Assembly (NCBI GenBank): GCA_943359425.1
Contig: CALRHN010000001.1
Location: 1-28,537, forward strand
Length of the DNA: 28,537 nt
Direction: 5' to 3'
DNA from: Candidatus Nomurabacteria bacterium
GTDB taxonomy: Bacteria; Patescibacteriota; Minisyncoccia; Phycocordibacterales; UBA9973
Every line of letters begins with the position of its first letter. Position 1 is the first letter of the stretch. This document shows positions 15,913 through 24,270 of the stretch, piece after piece. The position numbers and the translations under genes were made by a program. Under the pieces are notes generated by a model. That model was not told the origin of the DNA. It saw nothing but the letters and a program-made list of their open reading frames with translations, and searched no databases.

Positions 15913-17289
15913 TTATTTCCCGTCGCCGTTGCTCCAGCCGAAGAGGCGACCAACCATTTCTGATGTTTCTCTCTTGCGTGCGATTTTGACAACGCCGTCC
16001 TGTGCAATCAATTTCGCGGGAGACGAGAGGAGGCAGTGGTGCGATGCGAGGGCGTCTTGGTATGCGCCCGTGTCGAAGATCATGACGTACTGATCGGTGC
16101 TGTCTTTGAGCTTCGGCAAGAGAATGTAGCTGCCACCCGCAGTGTATTTGTCATCGGAATCGCATGACGAGCCTGCGAGCCAGACGCGTTTGAGTTCGCC
16201 GCCGGCCGCATTGTTAATCGGCGCGACATGCCATTTCTGATGGATTGCCCAGGTGTCGATGAGGTCATTCATAAAAGATCCGTCGATGACGTACCATGAT
16301 TTCGCATTGCCCTTGTGGATCGGCTTCTCTGCGATGACTTTGTAGATAGTGACCTGGGAAGGCGCGACGACGTATTGTCCCCATTCGACAGCAAGGTTGG
16401 GATGGCGAATACCTTCCTTGTCGGCGAGTTTCTTCAGGAGTTTGACGATCTTATTCGCCATTATTTTGGCCGTGTAGAATTTCTTCTTCTCGTAGGGAAC
16501 GCCCATGCCGCCGCCGATATCGAGGGTGTCGAGATTCGGATGCGTTTTTACCAGTTCTTTGTAGATATCGAAACCGCGCTTCACGCCGTCGAGCAAGCTC
16601 TTCTGGGTGCTGATCTGCGAACCCATGTGATAATGCAGGACTTTGAGATTGCGGATCTTGCCGAGAGAGAGGATGCGGCGCTCGGGAATGCCGAAACGGT
16701 CGATCTTCTTGTCCCAGCGCGAATCGGCTTTGATATCGAGGTCGACACGGATGCCGATGTCGCCTTTCATCTTGATCAGTTGTTCGAGTTCGCCTTCGTC
16801 TTCGGCGATCGGGATTATGTTGAGGCCTTTGGCCTTGAGTTCGACGACGAGTTTGAGATAGGCCTCCGTTTTCGGACCGTTACAGAGAACGCGGATCTTC
16901 GAGTGGAACTTCTCCCCTTCCCAGAGTTTCTTCACGATCCAGAGCTCGTTTTCGGATGTGACTTCGAGATGCGCGCCTTCGGAGAGGAGCGGCATCACGA
17001 CTTCCTTGTTCTGGTTCACCTTCATCGGATAGTGATAGAAGAATTTACCGCGATAGCCGTAGATCTTCATATATGCGTTGAAATACTCGATGAGATCGCT
17101 CAGGCGATGTTCGAGTATGAAGGGGAAAAGTATTTCGAGCGATGTGCCGTATTTGCGCACGAGCTGCGGGAGGTTGTAGATGTAGTTGCCTTCTTTGACC
17201 GTGAGTTCGCCGTCTTTCGTCACGTTGAAGAACTGCGTGTTAAATTCTTCACTGCCGAGCTTCCAGAATTTTTTCCAATTCTTTTTCAT
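15913..17289 (-). CDS. speA: PLP-dependent biosynthetic arginine decarboxylase (SpeA-like, short form, 458 aa)
   Basis: YPMKVNQ (PLP lysine, compare SpeA YPIKVNQ), LCNGPK, HYHMGSQI, LDIGGGMGV, EWGQY, SSCDSDD, TGAYQD. Fold-type III decarboxylase; arginine specificity inferred from SpeA-specific motifs. Confidence 0.85.
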   Translation of the reverse strand: MKKNWKKFWKLGSEEFNTQFFNVTKDGELTVKEGNYIYNLPQLVRKYGTSLEILFPFILEHRLSDLIEYFNAYMKIYGYRGKFFYHYPMKVNQNKEVVMPLLSEGAHLEVTSENELWIVKKLWEGEKFHSKIRVLCNGPKTEAYLKLVVELKAKGLNIIPIAEDEGELEQLIKMKGDIGIRVDLDIKADSRWDKKIDRFGIPERRILSLGKIRNLKVLHYHMGSQISTQKSLLDGVKRGFDIYKELVKTHPNLDTLDIGGGMGVPYEKKKFYTAKIMANKIVKLLKKLADKEGIRHPNLAVEWGQYVVAPSQVTIYKVIAEKPIHKGNAKSWYVIDGSFMNDLIDTWAIHQKWHVAPINNAAGGELKRVWLAGSSCDSDDKYTAGGSYILLPKLKDSTDQYVMIFDTGAYQDALASHHCLLSSPAKLIAQDGVVKIARKRETSEMVGRLFGWSNGDGK

Positions 17290-17322
17290 GCGGGTGATTG
17301 TAGTATAAAACCCCAGAAAAAG

Positions 17323-18399
17323 CTATAGGTCTTCGGCACGCAGCTGCTCGACGGCTTCGCGGGCGCGCTTGGAGAGCTTGTGCGGCATCTTGATAACGAG
17401 TTTGATCATGAGGTCGCCGCGTTTGTTCTTGCCCTGCGGAACGCCTTTTTCTCTGACGCGGAGTATTTCGTTCGGAGCAACGCTTTCGGGAATCTTCACG
17501 GAGAGCTTGCCGTCGAGCGTCTCGATCGTGCGCTCGCCACCCAACAATGCCTCGGAGAGTTTGATGTCGAGATTCATAGCGAGATTGTGGCCTTCGCGGC
17601 GAAATGTCGGATGTGGCATGACGTTGATCTTGATATAAAGGTCGCCGGACGTGCCGTGCGAGATCGCTTCACCCATGCCGGAGAGACGGACCATTTCGCC
17701 GTCATTCATGCCTGCAGGAATCTTGATGGAAACTTCTTCTTCGCGGCGAAGAACGCCTGCGCCGTGACAGGTCGCGCACGGCGTGCTCGGAACTTCGCCC
17801 GTGCCTCCGCACGTGTCGCAGAGTTTCGTTGAAGAGAATGTTCCAAGGAATGAACGCTTCGTTTCGTGAATCTGGCCTTTGCCGTTGCAAGTGGAACATT
17901 TTTTCATCGATGTGCCCGGTTTCGCACCGACACCGTCACACGTCAGGCATTTTGAAGTCTTCGCAATGAGCACGCGGCGTTCGACGCCGAAGACGGCTTC
18001 GGCAAACGAAACGGTTATCTCCGTCGAGATGTCACGGCCGCGGCGAGGCTGTGAGCGACCACCACCCATACCTCCGGCGAAGAAGTCGGAGAAAATATCG
18101 CCGAGATCGCCCATATCGAAACCTTGCTGCGCAAAGCCGGACGGATCGAATCCGCCGAAACCGCCTTGGTTGCCCTGAAAGCCTCCGCTCTGAAAGTTGG
18201 AACCGAATTGATCATACTGCGCGCGTTTCTGGTCGTCAGAGAGCGTTTGATACGCTTCGTTTACTTCTTTGAATTTCTTGTCATCTCCCTTGTTCTTGTC
18301 GGGATGGTATTTGTGAGCGAGTTTGTGGAAGGCCTTCTTGATCTCGTCTTTCGAAGCGCCTTTCGTAACGCCCAAAATTTCATAATAATCTTTTGACAT
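17323..18399 (-). CDS. dnaJ: Chaperone DnaJ (358 aa)
   Basis: J domain with HPD, G/F-rich region, four CxxCxGxG repeats, C-terminal domain. Confidence 0.97.
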   Translation of the reverse strand: MSKDYYEILGVTKGASKDEIKKAFHKLAHKYHPDKNKGDDKKFKEVNEAYQTLSDDQKRAQYDQFGSNFQSGGFQGNQGGFGGFDPSGFAQQGFDMGDLGDIFSDFFAGGMGGGRSQPRRGRDISTEITVSFAEAVFGVERRVLIAKTSKCLTCDGVGAKPGTSMKKCSTCNGKGQIHETKRSFLGTFSSTKLCDTCGGTGEVPSTPCATCHGAGVLRREEEVSIKIPAGMNDGEMVRLSGMGEAISHGTSGDLYIKINVMPHPTFRREGHNLAMNLDIKLSEALLGGERTIETLDGKLSVKIPESVAPNEILRVREKGVPQGKNKRGDLMIKLVIKMPHKLSKRAREAVEQLRAEDL

Positions 18400-18452
18400 A
18401 TGTGAAAGCGATTATAACATTAAAAATAGAGAATGTACAACCCCAAAATTAG

Positions 18453-18484
18453 AGAAGAGCGGATTGAATTCAATCCGCTCTTCT
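18453..18484. repeat. 32-bp perfect palindrome, probable terminator upstream of dnaJ
   Basis: AGAAGAGCGGATTGAA|TTCAATCCGCTCTTCT, no loop. Confidence 0.8.
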
Positions 18485-18498
18485 AAAAATAAACAAGA

Positions 18499-18936
18499 TT
18501 ACTTTCGGTTGTGTGCGCCAAGCTCTTTCCACTTTTCGATATATTGTTCGTGGATGACCTTATTGCATAGTTCCAAAGAACCGTTGTAGAGAACCTCAAT
18601 AGAGAGCTTACCTTCCTCTGTAAGCTTGTATTGCTGATCCGGATTCTTCAGGAAAAAACTCCAGTTAATATCCTGAAAAATCCGCTTTGCCTTGAATACT
18701 CCTTCTTGGAAATGAGTTTCAGAAGAGCAAGGATAAGGAAATACGCTATCCTTAAAGGCAAATCGCGTTAAAGCCGGATCGGGTTTAAGAAAAACAAGGC
18801 CTGATTCGGTGTGAATCTTTTCGATAGCCCCGTCGTAATCAGTACGGCCACTGCGTAAATGGAAAAACGGAAATGCAGACAGGAGTTCTCCTGATTGCAC
18901 CAGTTGATGAAGCGATAGAAAAGAATTCTGTATCAT
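18499..18936 (-). CDS. Hypothetical protein (145 aa)
   Basis: AT-richer ORF filling the gap and ending just before the palindrome; no recognisable motif. Confidence 0.6.
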   Translation of the reverse strand: MIQNSFLSLHQLVQSGELLSAFPFFHLRSGRTDYDGAIEKIHTESGLVFLKPDPALTRFAFKDSVFPYPCSSETHFQEGVFKAKRIFQDINWSFFLKNPDQQYKLTEEGKLSIEVLYNGSLELCNKVIHEQYIEKWKELGAHNRK

Positions 18937-18990
18937 GGGGAGGGATTTTTGGTTTACGATTTTATTTTCCCCTCCATCGTACTTTAGAAT

Positions 18991-19344
18991 TCAGAGCGTT
19001 GCAAGAGCGTCGGTGGCTTGATAATAGAGATCGCGGTTATTTGTGTCTTCGGCGAGCGTGCCGAGGCGGGCCCAGAGGCTGCGGGCGCGGGCAACTTCGC
19101 CTATGTCGGCGTATGCGCGTGTGACAAAGACGAGCTCCTCGATGGCAAGCGCTCCGATGCTTGCGGGCAAAGCGCCTTGCGAGAGCAGGCTCGATGTGCG
19201 GCGTTCTATCTCGGCGAAGTCAGACTCTGATTTCGGAGTTTTGCGAACGAGTTTCAAGAGCGTCGACGTCGCAACGCCTTCTTCGTTGATTTCAAAAAGT
19301 TCATCATCGAGATAGCTGTCTTCGTATTTTTTACGATAGACCAT
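18991..19344 (-). CDS. Hypothetical alpha-helical protein (117 aa)
   Basis: ORF 5 nt downstream of the MGMT-like gene; C-terminal half looks like a helical repeat. No family recognised. Confidence 0.65.
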   Translation of the reverse strand: MVYRKKYEDSYLDDELFEINEEGVATSTLLKLVRKTPKSESDFAEIERRTSSLLSQGALPASIGALAIEELVFVTRAYADIGEVARARSLWARLGTLAEDTNNRDLYYQATDALATL

Positions 19345-19349
19345 ATATT

Positions 19350-19619
19350 TTAGAGTGCGCCCTCTGCGCGGAGTTTGCGGAGTTTTAAAGTTCGGCCTGC
19401 CTGCGCAGTCAGGCCGCGATTATATTCGCCTATCGCTCCATCGGAACGGATGACGCGGTGACATGGGATTTTCGGATCGTAATTCTGCTTCAAGACAGAG
19501 CCGACAGCACGAGACGCATTCGGACTCCCCGCACGAGTGGCGACTTGTTTATAGGTGAGCATCTTCCCTCTCGGTATGGCGCCGACAACGCGGAAAACTT
19601 TTTCTTTGAACGTCTGCAT
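19350..19619 (-). CDS. MGMT/Ogt-family methylated-DNA--protein-cysteine methyltransferase domain protein (89 aa)
   Basis: IPRGKMLTYKQVA...G.P...RAVG...IPCHRVIRSDG..GEY with the active-site PCHR motif. Start at MQTFKEKV. Confidence 0.9.
   Translation of the reverse strand: MQTFKEKVFRVVGAIPRGKMLTYKQVATRAGSPNASRAVGSVLKQNYDPKIPCHRVIRSDGAIGEYNRGLTAQAGRTLKLRKLRAEGAL
19396..19413. repeat. Second copy of the 18-bp palindrome, in frame in the MGMT-like gene (encodes LTAQAG)
   Basis: CCTGCCTGCGCAGTCAGG, 17/18 identical to 7962-7979. Confidence 0.7.
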
Positions 19620-19718
19620 GAGGCCATTATACGGAATTTGGGTAAAAAATAAAATGCCTTCCGCACCCATCGCTCCGTGACAAAGCTAATGAGTGCGGGA
19701 AGCATTCGTGGCAGTCCT

Positions 19719-19868
19719 TCAGGCAATGGTAGGACCCTCGATGAGTCTGACCAAGAGAAGGACGATGGCTGCTATGAGGAGGACATGGATAAACCATCCG
19801 ATAGTATAGAAACCGACTACTCCGAGGAGCCAGAGCACGAGGAGTATTATGGCGATAGTGAAAAGCAT
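19719..19868 (-). CDS. lmo0937/DUF5670-like small membrane protein (49 aa)
   Basis: MLFTIAIILLVLWLLGVVGFYTIGWFIHVLLIAAIVLLLVRLIEG matches the L-W-L-L-G...G..IH-x-L-L pattern. Confidence 0.85.
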   Translation of the reverse strand: MLFTIAIILLVLWLLGVVGFYTIGWFIHVLLIAAIVLLLVRLIEGPTIA

Positions 19869-20296
19869 AGTAGTGTCATCCGAATGGATGTGGATATTTT
19901 GATAAACGACCTTACCTATACTATGACGAGGTATAAAAGTCTTTGTTACAGGGACATAAAAAGAACGGCCAGTTTTACCCAGCCGCCCTTGCCCCAATTC
20001 TCAAATGGTAATATCCGTCCACTTGAGACATCTTAGATATGTAATGGCTTGAAAAACTCTCAGAATATGGAAGTGCCCGAAGAGGCTTAAAAGTGCCATG
20101 GGCACTTACCATACTAAGAGGGGGCTTTTCCGAAACAGCCAAAATTTTTGAAAGAAAAATTCCTTCGCAACGGAAGCCTCAAACGTGGCATCGCTAAACC
20201 CGCAAGATTTAGTAATGGTATGAGGCCCCGCTACAAAAGACCTTATTCTATGAAACATTTTTAATGCTACTCCTATCTGGGGGTATGTCAACCCTA

Positions 20297-20338
20297 AAAA
20301 AAGCCCCACCAAGACCTAGGTCTTGGTGGGGCTTTTTT
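20297..20338. terminator. 42-bp perfect palindrome downstream of dnaK (probable terminator)
   Basis: AAAAAAGCCCCACCAAGACCT|AGGTCTTGGTGGGGCTTTTTT, 13 nt after the dnaK stop. Confidence 0.85.
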
Positions 20339-20351
20339 ATGAATATAATTT

Positions 20352-22256
20352 TTATTTGTGTTCTGTCTCTCCTGCAGGTGCTTCCCCTGTTTCCGCATCG
20401 CGGACAGGGCCTTCTTCTTTCGGAGCGTCTCCTGCCGGAGTCTCCGCGGCCGAAGCCTTGGACATGGCCTCGCCGATCTTTGAGAGTTCTTGCGAGAGCG
20501 CATCGGTCGCACTCTTGATCGCAGCTGTGTCGCTGCCTTCTTTCGCCTTTTTGGCTTCCGCTATCTTTGCTTCAACGCTAGCCCTTATTTCAGGAGTGAC
20601 TTTGTCGCCATAATCCTTCACGGATTTCTCTCCGGAGAAAATCATCGCATCGGCCATGTTCTTCGCATCGGCGAGATCTTTCTTCTTCGCATCTTCGTCG
20701 GCATGCGCTTCGGCATCGGCCTGCATGCGTTTGATATCTTCGTCTTTCAAACCGCCAGAGGCTTCGATGCGGATGCTCTGAGCCTTGCCCGTCGTTTTTT
20801 CTTTCGCCGTAACATTGAGGATTCCGTTCGCATCAACATCGAACGTCACTTCGATCTGCGGCATGCCACGCTGTGCCGGTGGGACGCCATCGAGAATGAA
20901 TCGGCCGAGAGATTTGTTGTCGGAGGCCATTGGGCGTTCACCTTGCGTAATGTGGATCTCAACACTTGTCTGATTGTCGGCAGCTGTAGAAAATACTTGT
21001 GATTTTGAAGACGGAATAGTCGTATTGCGGTCGATAAGTTTCGTCGATACGCCGCCCAACGTTTCAATACCGAGAGAAAGCGGAATGACATCGAGGAGGA
21101 GCACGTCGCGTACTTCGCCGCGAAGGACGCCGCCTTGGACTGCTGCACCGAGCGCGACGACTTCATCGGGATTGATGGAGAGATTTGGAGCCTTGCCGCC
21201 AAAGAGCTTTTTCACTTCTTCGACGATCTTCGGCATACGTGTCTGTCCGCCCACCATGATGATCTCATTGATCTCGCCCATCTTGAATGGCGAAGCGTCG
21301 AGTGCACGCTTCGTGATCTCGATCGAGCGCGTGACGAATTCGTCTGCAATACTTTCGAGCTGTGCGCGAGTCATCTTGATGAGCAAGTGTTGCGGGCCGG
21401 AAGCGGTCGAGGTGATGAACGGGATATTGATTTCGGTTTCTACAGCAGTTGAGAGTTCGATCTTGGCCTTTTCTGCGGCCTCATCGAGACGCTGGAGAGC
21501 GAGCACGTCGCCGCGCACGTCCACACCAGATTGCTTCTTGAACTCGTCGGCGATCCAGTTGATGATCTTGTGATCGATGTCGCGTCCGCCCATATGTGAG
21601 TCGCCGTCGGTAGATTTCACTTCGATGACATCATCACCAACTTCGAGAACAGAGACATCGAATGTGCCGCCTCCAAAGTCGTAGACGACGATCTTCTCAT
21701 TTTTCTTCGAATTGAATCCGTATGCGAGCGCAGCTGCAGTAGGTTCGTTGATGATACGTTTGACATCGAGACCGGCGATAGCACCGGCGTCCTTCGTCGC
21801 CTTGCGTTGTGCGTCGTTGAAATATGCAGGCACCGTGATGACGGCCTCTGTAATTTTTTCTCCGAGTTTGGCTTCAACGTCCGCCTTGATCTTGCCGAGA
21901 ATCATTGCCGAGACTTCTTCCGGACGAAGCCATTTGTCGCCGATCTTCACTTCCACGCCGCCATCTGCACCTTTCTGTATCTTGAAGGAAACGTTCTTCA
22001 TGTCCTTCTGCACTTCAGGATCGTCGAACTTGTGACCCATGAAGCGCTTGATGCCGTAGATAGTATTCTCTGGATTCGTCACACTCTGGCGTTTCGCAAG
22101 CAAGCCCACCAGACGGTCGCCATTCTTGGCAACGGCAACAATAGACGGCGTCGTGCGTGCGCCTTCAATATTCTCTATGATCTTCGGCTGTCCGCCTTCG
22201 ATGATGCCAACAGCACTATTTGTCGTACCCAAGTCTATTCCGATTATTTTTGACAT
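20352..22256 (-). CDS. dnaK: Chaperone DnaK (634 aa)
   Basis: [54 protein letters not shown]. Confidence 0.98.
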   Translation of the reverse strand: MSKIIGIDLGTTNSAVGIIEGGQPKIIENIEGARTTPSIVAVAKNGDRLVGLLAKRQSVTNPENTIYGIKRFMGHKFDDPEVQKDMKNVSFKIQKGADGGVEVKIGDKWLRPEEVSAMILGKIKADVEAKLGEKITEAVITVPAYFNDAQRKATKDAGAIAGLDVKRIINEPTAAALAYGFNSKKNEKIVVYDFGGGTFDVSVLEVGDDVIEVKSTDGDSHMGGRDIDHKIINWIADEFKKQSGVDVRGDVLALQRLDEAAEKAKIELSTAVETEINIPFITSTASGPQHLLIKMTRAQLESIADEFVTRSIEITKRALDASPFKMGEINEIIMVGGQTRMPKIVEEVKKLFGGKAPNLSINPDEVVALGAAVQGGVLRGEVRDVLLLDVIPLSLGIETLGGVSTKLIDRNTTIPSSKSQVFSTAADNQTSVEIHITQGERPMASDNKSLGRFILDGVPPAQRGMPQIEVTFDVDANGILNVTAKEKTTGKAQSIRIEASGGLKDEDIKRMQADAEAHADEDAKKKDLADAKNMADAMIFSGEKSVKDYGDKVTPEIRASVEAKIAEAKKAKEGSDTAAIKSATDALSQELSKIGEAMSKASAAETPAGDAPKEEGPVRDAETGEAPAGETEHK

Positions 22257-22308
22257 ATATTTTATTGATTAACTTATAAGTTGATTATACCTGTGGAAAA
22301 CATTTTAG

Positions 22309-22336
22309 CAAGTATTTCGTGGTCGCGGAATACTTG
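22309..22336. promoter_or_regulatory. Inverted repeat in the dnaK / PaaX-like divergent intergenic region (candidate operator)
   Basis: CAAGTATTTCG-tggtcg-CGGAATACTTG (10/11). Further short IRs at 22268-22285 and 22347-22364. Confidence 0.45.
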
Positions 22337-22384
22337 TCTATTTCTAATATACTTGATAGTATATGGGTGTGTCAAGACACTTTT

Positions 22385-22894
22385 ATGCCAAAACAAGATT
22401 TCTCCAAAAAAATATTGAAGATTTTGGGCCAAAAACCGGCTATTTCCGTCCCTGATATTGCCCTAACCATCGGAGCAAAAGACAAGTACGCCATCACGCG
22501 CTCAATAAAGGGCCTCAAGGAGGCCGGACTGGTGGAAAGCCACTCATCCGGTCAGAACGACTACGCCCGCCTTACGAAGGCAGGCAGAGTCAAAGCAAAC
22601 AGCCTTAAATTCCAAGATTCCCTCCTCGATCCTTCGTGGGACGGCAAATGGCGCATCATCCTCCTCGATCTTCCTGAATCTCGCAAGAGCGAACGTGAAA
22701 GCCTTCGCTATCTCCTGAAAAAAGCCGGTTTCGTCTGCCTCAAAAATAGCGCCTGGATTTCTCCCTACCCATTTGAGCATCTCTTCGGCAATATAAAAAA
22801 GGATCTCGGCCTCACGACCGAGATGATAATCCTCGTCACCGATACCATCGATGATGCATCTGAAAAGATCTTTCTTGAATCTTTCAAAAAATAA
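22385..22894 (+). CDS. PaaX-like transcriptional regulator (wHTH plus PaaX central/Cas2-like domain, 169 aa)
   Basis: N-terminal wHTH-like segment (AITRSIKGLKEAGLVE...ARLTKAG) then WDGKWRIILLDLPESRKSERESLRYLLKKAGFVCLKNSAWISP. Start at MPKQDF. Confidence 0.8.
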   Translation: MPKQDFSKKILKILGQKPAISVPDIALTIGAKDKYAITRSIKGLKEAGLVESHSSGQNDYARLTKAGRVKANSLKFQDSLLDPSWDGKWRIILLDLPESRKSERESLRYLLKKAGFVCLKNSAWISPYPFEHLFGNIKKDLGLTTEMIILVTDTIDDASEKIFLESFKK

Positions 22895-22936
22895 AAACTT
22901 AAATAAGAACACGATCGTGTTCTTATTTAAGTTTTT
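22893..22936. repeat. 44-bp perfect palindrome (ACGATCGT family); probable bidirectional terminator
   Basis: AAAAACTTAAATAAGAACACGA|TCGTGTTCTTATTTAAGTTTTT between convergent genes. Confidence 0.85.
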
Positions 22937-22973
22937 TGATTTTAATCATCTTTGGTAAATAAAAATATTACGG

Positions 22974-23669
22974 CTATTTACGCTCGCGATGATATTCCGG
23001 CAAGATTTTCGCTACGAGAATAATAGCGGTAACAATAGCAAAGCCGCAGGTTATGGACGGTAACGATCCCCCACCGATCGTTTTCGTCACGATATGCATG
23101 ACAAATGACGGCACACTAAACACTGAAAATGCTAGGAGCATCATCAGGTTGAGCCGGCGATGTGCTCTTTCTCCTTTCCGCAGAATATTGACGATGAGTA
23201 TCAAGAGAGAAAGACTCGTGAAGAGCGTGTACTCCAAAAAATAGACAAAGCTGATAGCAGTGCCGAGCTGAAAGGTCACGAATTTGCCCGTGCAGAGATA
23301 GTCGAATTCATGTCCGTTATAGAAAAATATGAGAAGCGAAACGAGAGCAGCGACGATATATGAAAAAACCGTGAGCCATTTGTATTTTTTGTCATTGACG
23401 ATGTGAATGAGATGCATGCCGAGCGCGGGCATGATGACGGTGCCGATAAAACCGAGCCGCATCCAGAAATCCATGCTTCCTCCGCCTTTGCAAACCATCC
23501 ATTCCGCAAGCTGGAAACTGGCGAGCGCGAAGAGCAATATGATAGACACTTTGCCGAAAAGCGTCTTGCGATATCGATAGAGTGAATAAAGAGCGAGAGC
23601 AATCTCAATAATGCATGTCGCGAGAGTGACGAGCGGAGTGAAGCAGTAGAGAGTAGTAGTGTTTTTCAT
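22974..23669 (-). CDS. Stand-alone 7TM membrane protein, HisKA_7TM-like sensor domain (231 aa)
   Basis: Seven hydrophobic segments, YCFTP...IE, FQLAEWMVC, W.RLGF.G..IMPALGMHL; no kinase or other output domain. Starts 4 nt after the grpE stop. Confidence 0.7.
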   Translation of the reverse strand: MKNTTTLYCFTPLVTLATCIIEIALALYSLYRYRKTLFGKVSIILLFALASFQLAEWMVCKGGGSMDFWMRLGFIGTVIMPALGMHLIHIVNDKKYKWLTVFSYIVAALVSLLIFFYNGHEFDYLCTGKFVTFQLGTAISFVYFLEYTLFTSLSLLILIVNILRKGERAHRRLNLMMLLAFSVFSVPSFVMHIVTKTIGGGSLPSITCGFAIVTAIILVAKILPEYHRERK

Positions 23670-23673
23670 CGTC

Positions 23674-24228
23674 TTACTGCGCACCAAAGACCTTTACCCG
23701 CACCGGGCGGAGGATGCGATCGTTGAATTTATATCCTTGCTGGATTATGGATGAGATTGCGTGGTCTTGCGAAGCATCTTCAGTCGGAACAGTTTCAATA
23801 GCTTCGTGGAGATTGGCATCGAGAGCATCGCCCTCCTTCGCAGGTATCGGCGTCACGCCGTTTTCGGCAAGGACTTTGAGAAGCTGTTGATGAATATATT
23901 CCACGCCCATGCGCCAGTTCTTCTCGACTTTCTCCCACGCGTCCTTGTTTGAGAATGCCAGATCATACGCATCGAGTACGGGCAATAATTCTTCGACGAA
24001 TTGTTCGGTAGCTATTTCTTTCACGCGCGCAAGACGCGAAGTTTCGTCTTTCTTGTAGTTTATGAAGTCTGCGCGTTCGCGCTGAAGAGCGGCGAGGTAT
24101 TCACCTTCTTTTGCTTTTGCCTCTTTGAGGTCTTCGCGGAGTTTTTTGATCTTGTCCTTCGAAAAGGCTTCGCCCTCCCCTTCTACGGTCTCTTCGAAGA
24201 CTACATCGTCATTTTCGTCTTGTGGCAT
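23674..24228 (-). CDS. grpE: Nucleotide exchange factor GrpE (184 aa)
   Basis: LQRERADFINYKK, ELLPVLDAYDLA, DANLHEAI, IQQGYKFNDRILRPVRVKV. Start at MPQDE; the track's upstream extension overlaps the divergent gene. Confidence 0.95.
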   Translation of the reverse strand: MPQDENDDVVFEETVEGEGEAFSKDKIKKLREDLKEAKAKEGEYLAALQRERADFINYKKDETSRLARVKEIATEQFVEELLPVLDAYDLAFSNKDAWEKVEKNWRMGVEYIHQQLLKVLAENGVTPIPAKEGDALDANLHEAIETVPTEDASQDHAISSIIQQGYKFNDRILRPVRVKVFGAQ

Positions 24229-24234
24229 ATGGGG

Positions 24235-24264
24235 ATTATAACACGAGAGCATTCGTGGTACAAT
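24235..24264. promoter_or_regulatory. Back-to-back extended -10 promoters of grpE and the carboxypeptidase gene
   Basis: Minus TGt-TATAAT (hexamer 24240-24235) and plus TGg-TACAAT (24259-24264), 18 nt apart; each is 6 nt from its ATG. Confidence 0.65.
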
Positions 24265-24270
24265 CACTGG

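Noticed and set aside
20106-20258. 50-aa ORF and short IR (AAGTGCCC...GGGCACTT near 20071-20107) downstream of dnaK
   Set aside because: No motif, homolog recollection or clear promoter; no tRNA or riboswitch consensus recognised in 19870-20290.
22304-22340. CIRCE-like TTAGCA... upstream of dnaK
   Set aside because: Does not fit TTAGCACTC-N9-GAGTGCTAA in sequence or spacing; kept only as a generic inverted repeat.
22385-22894. Cas2-like segment suggesting CRISPR-Cas
   Set aside because: It is the PaaX central domain fused to a wHTH; no cas1, other cas genes or repeat-spacer array in the window.
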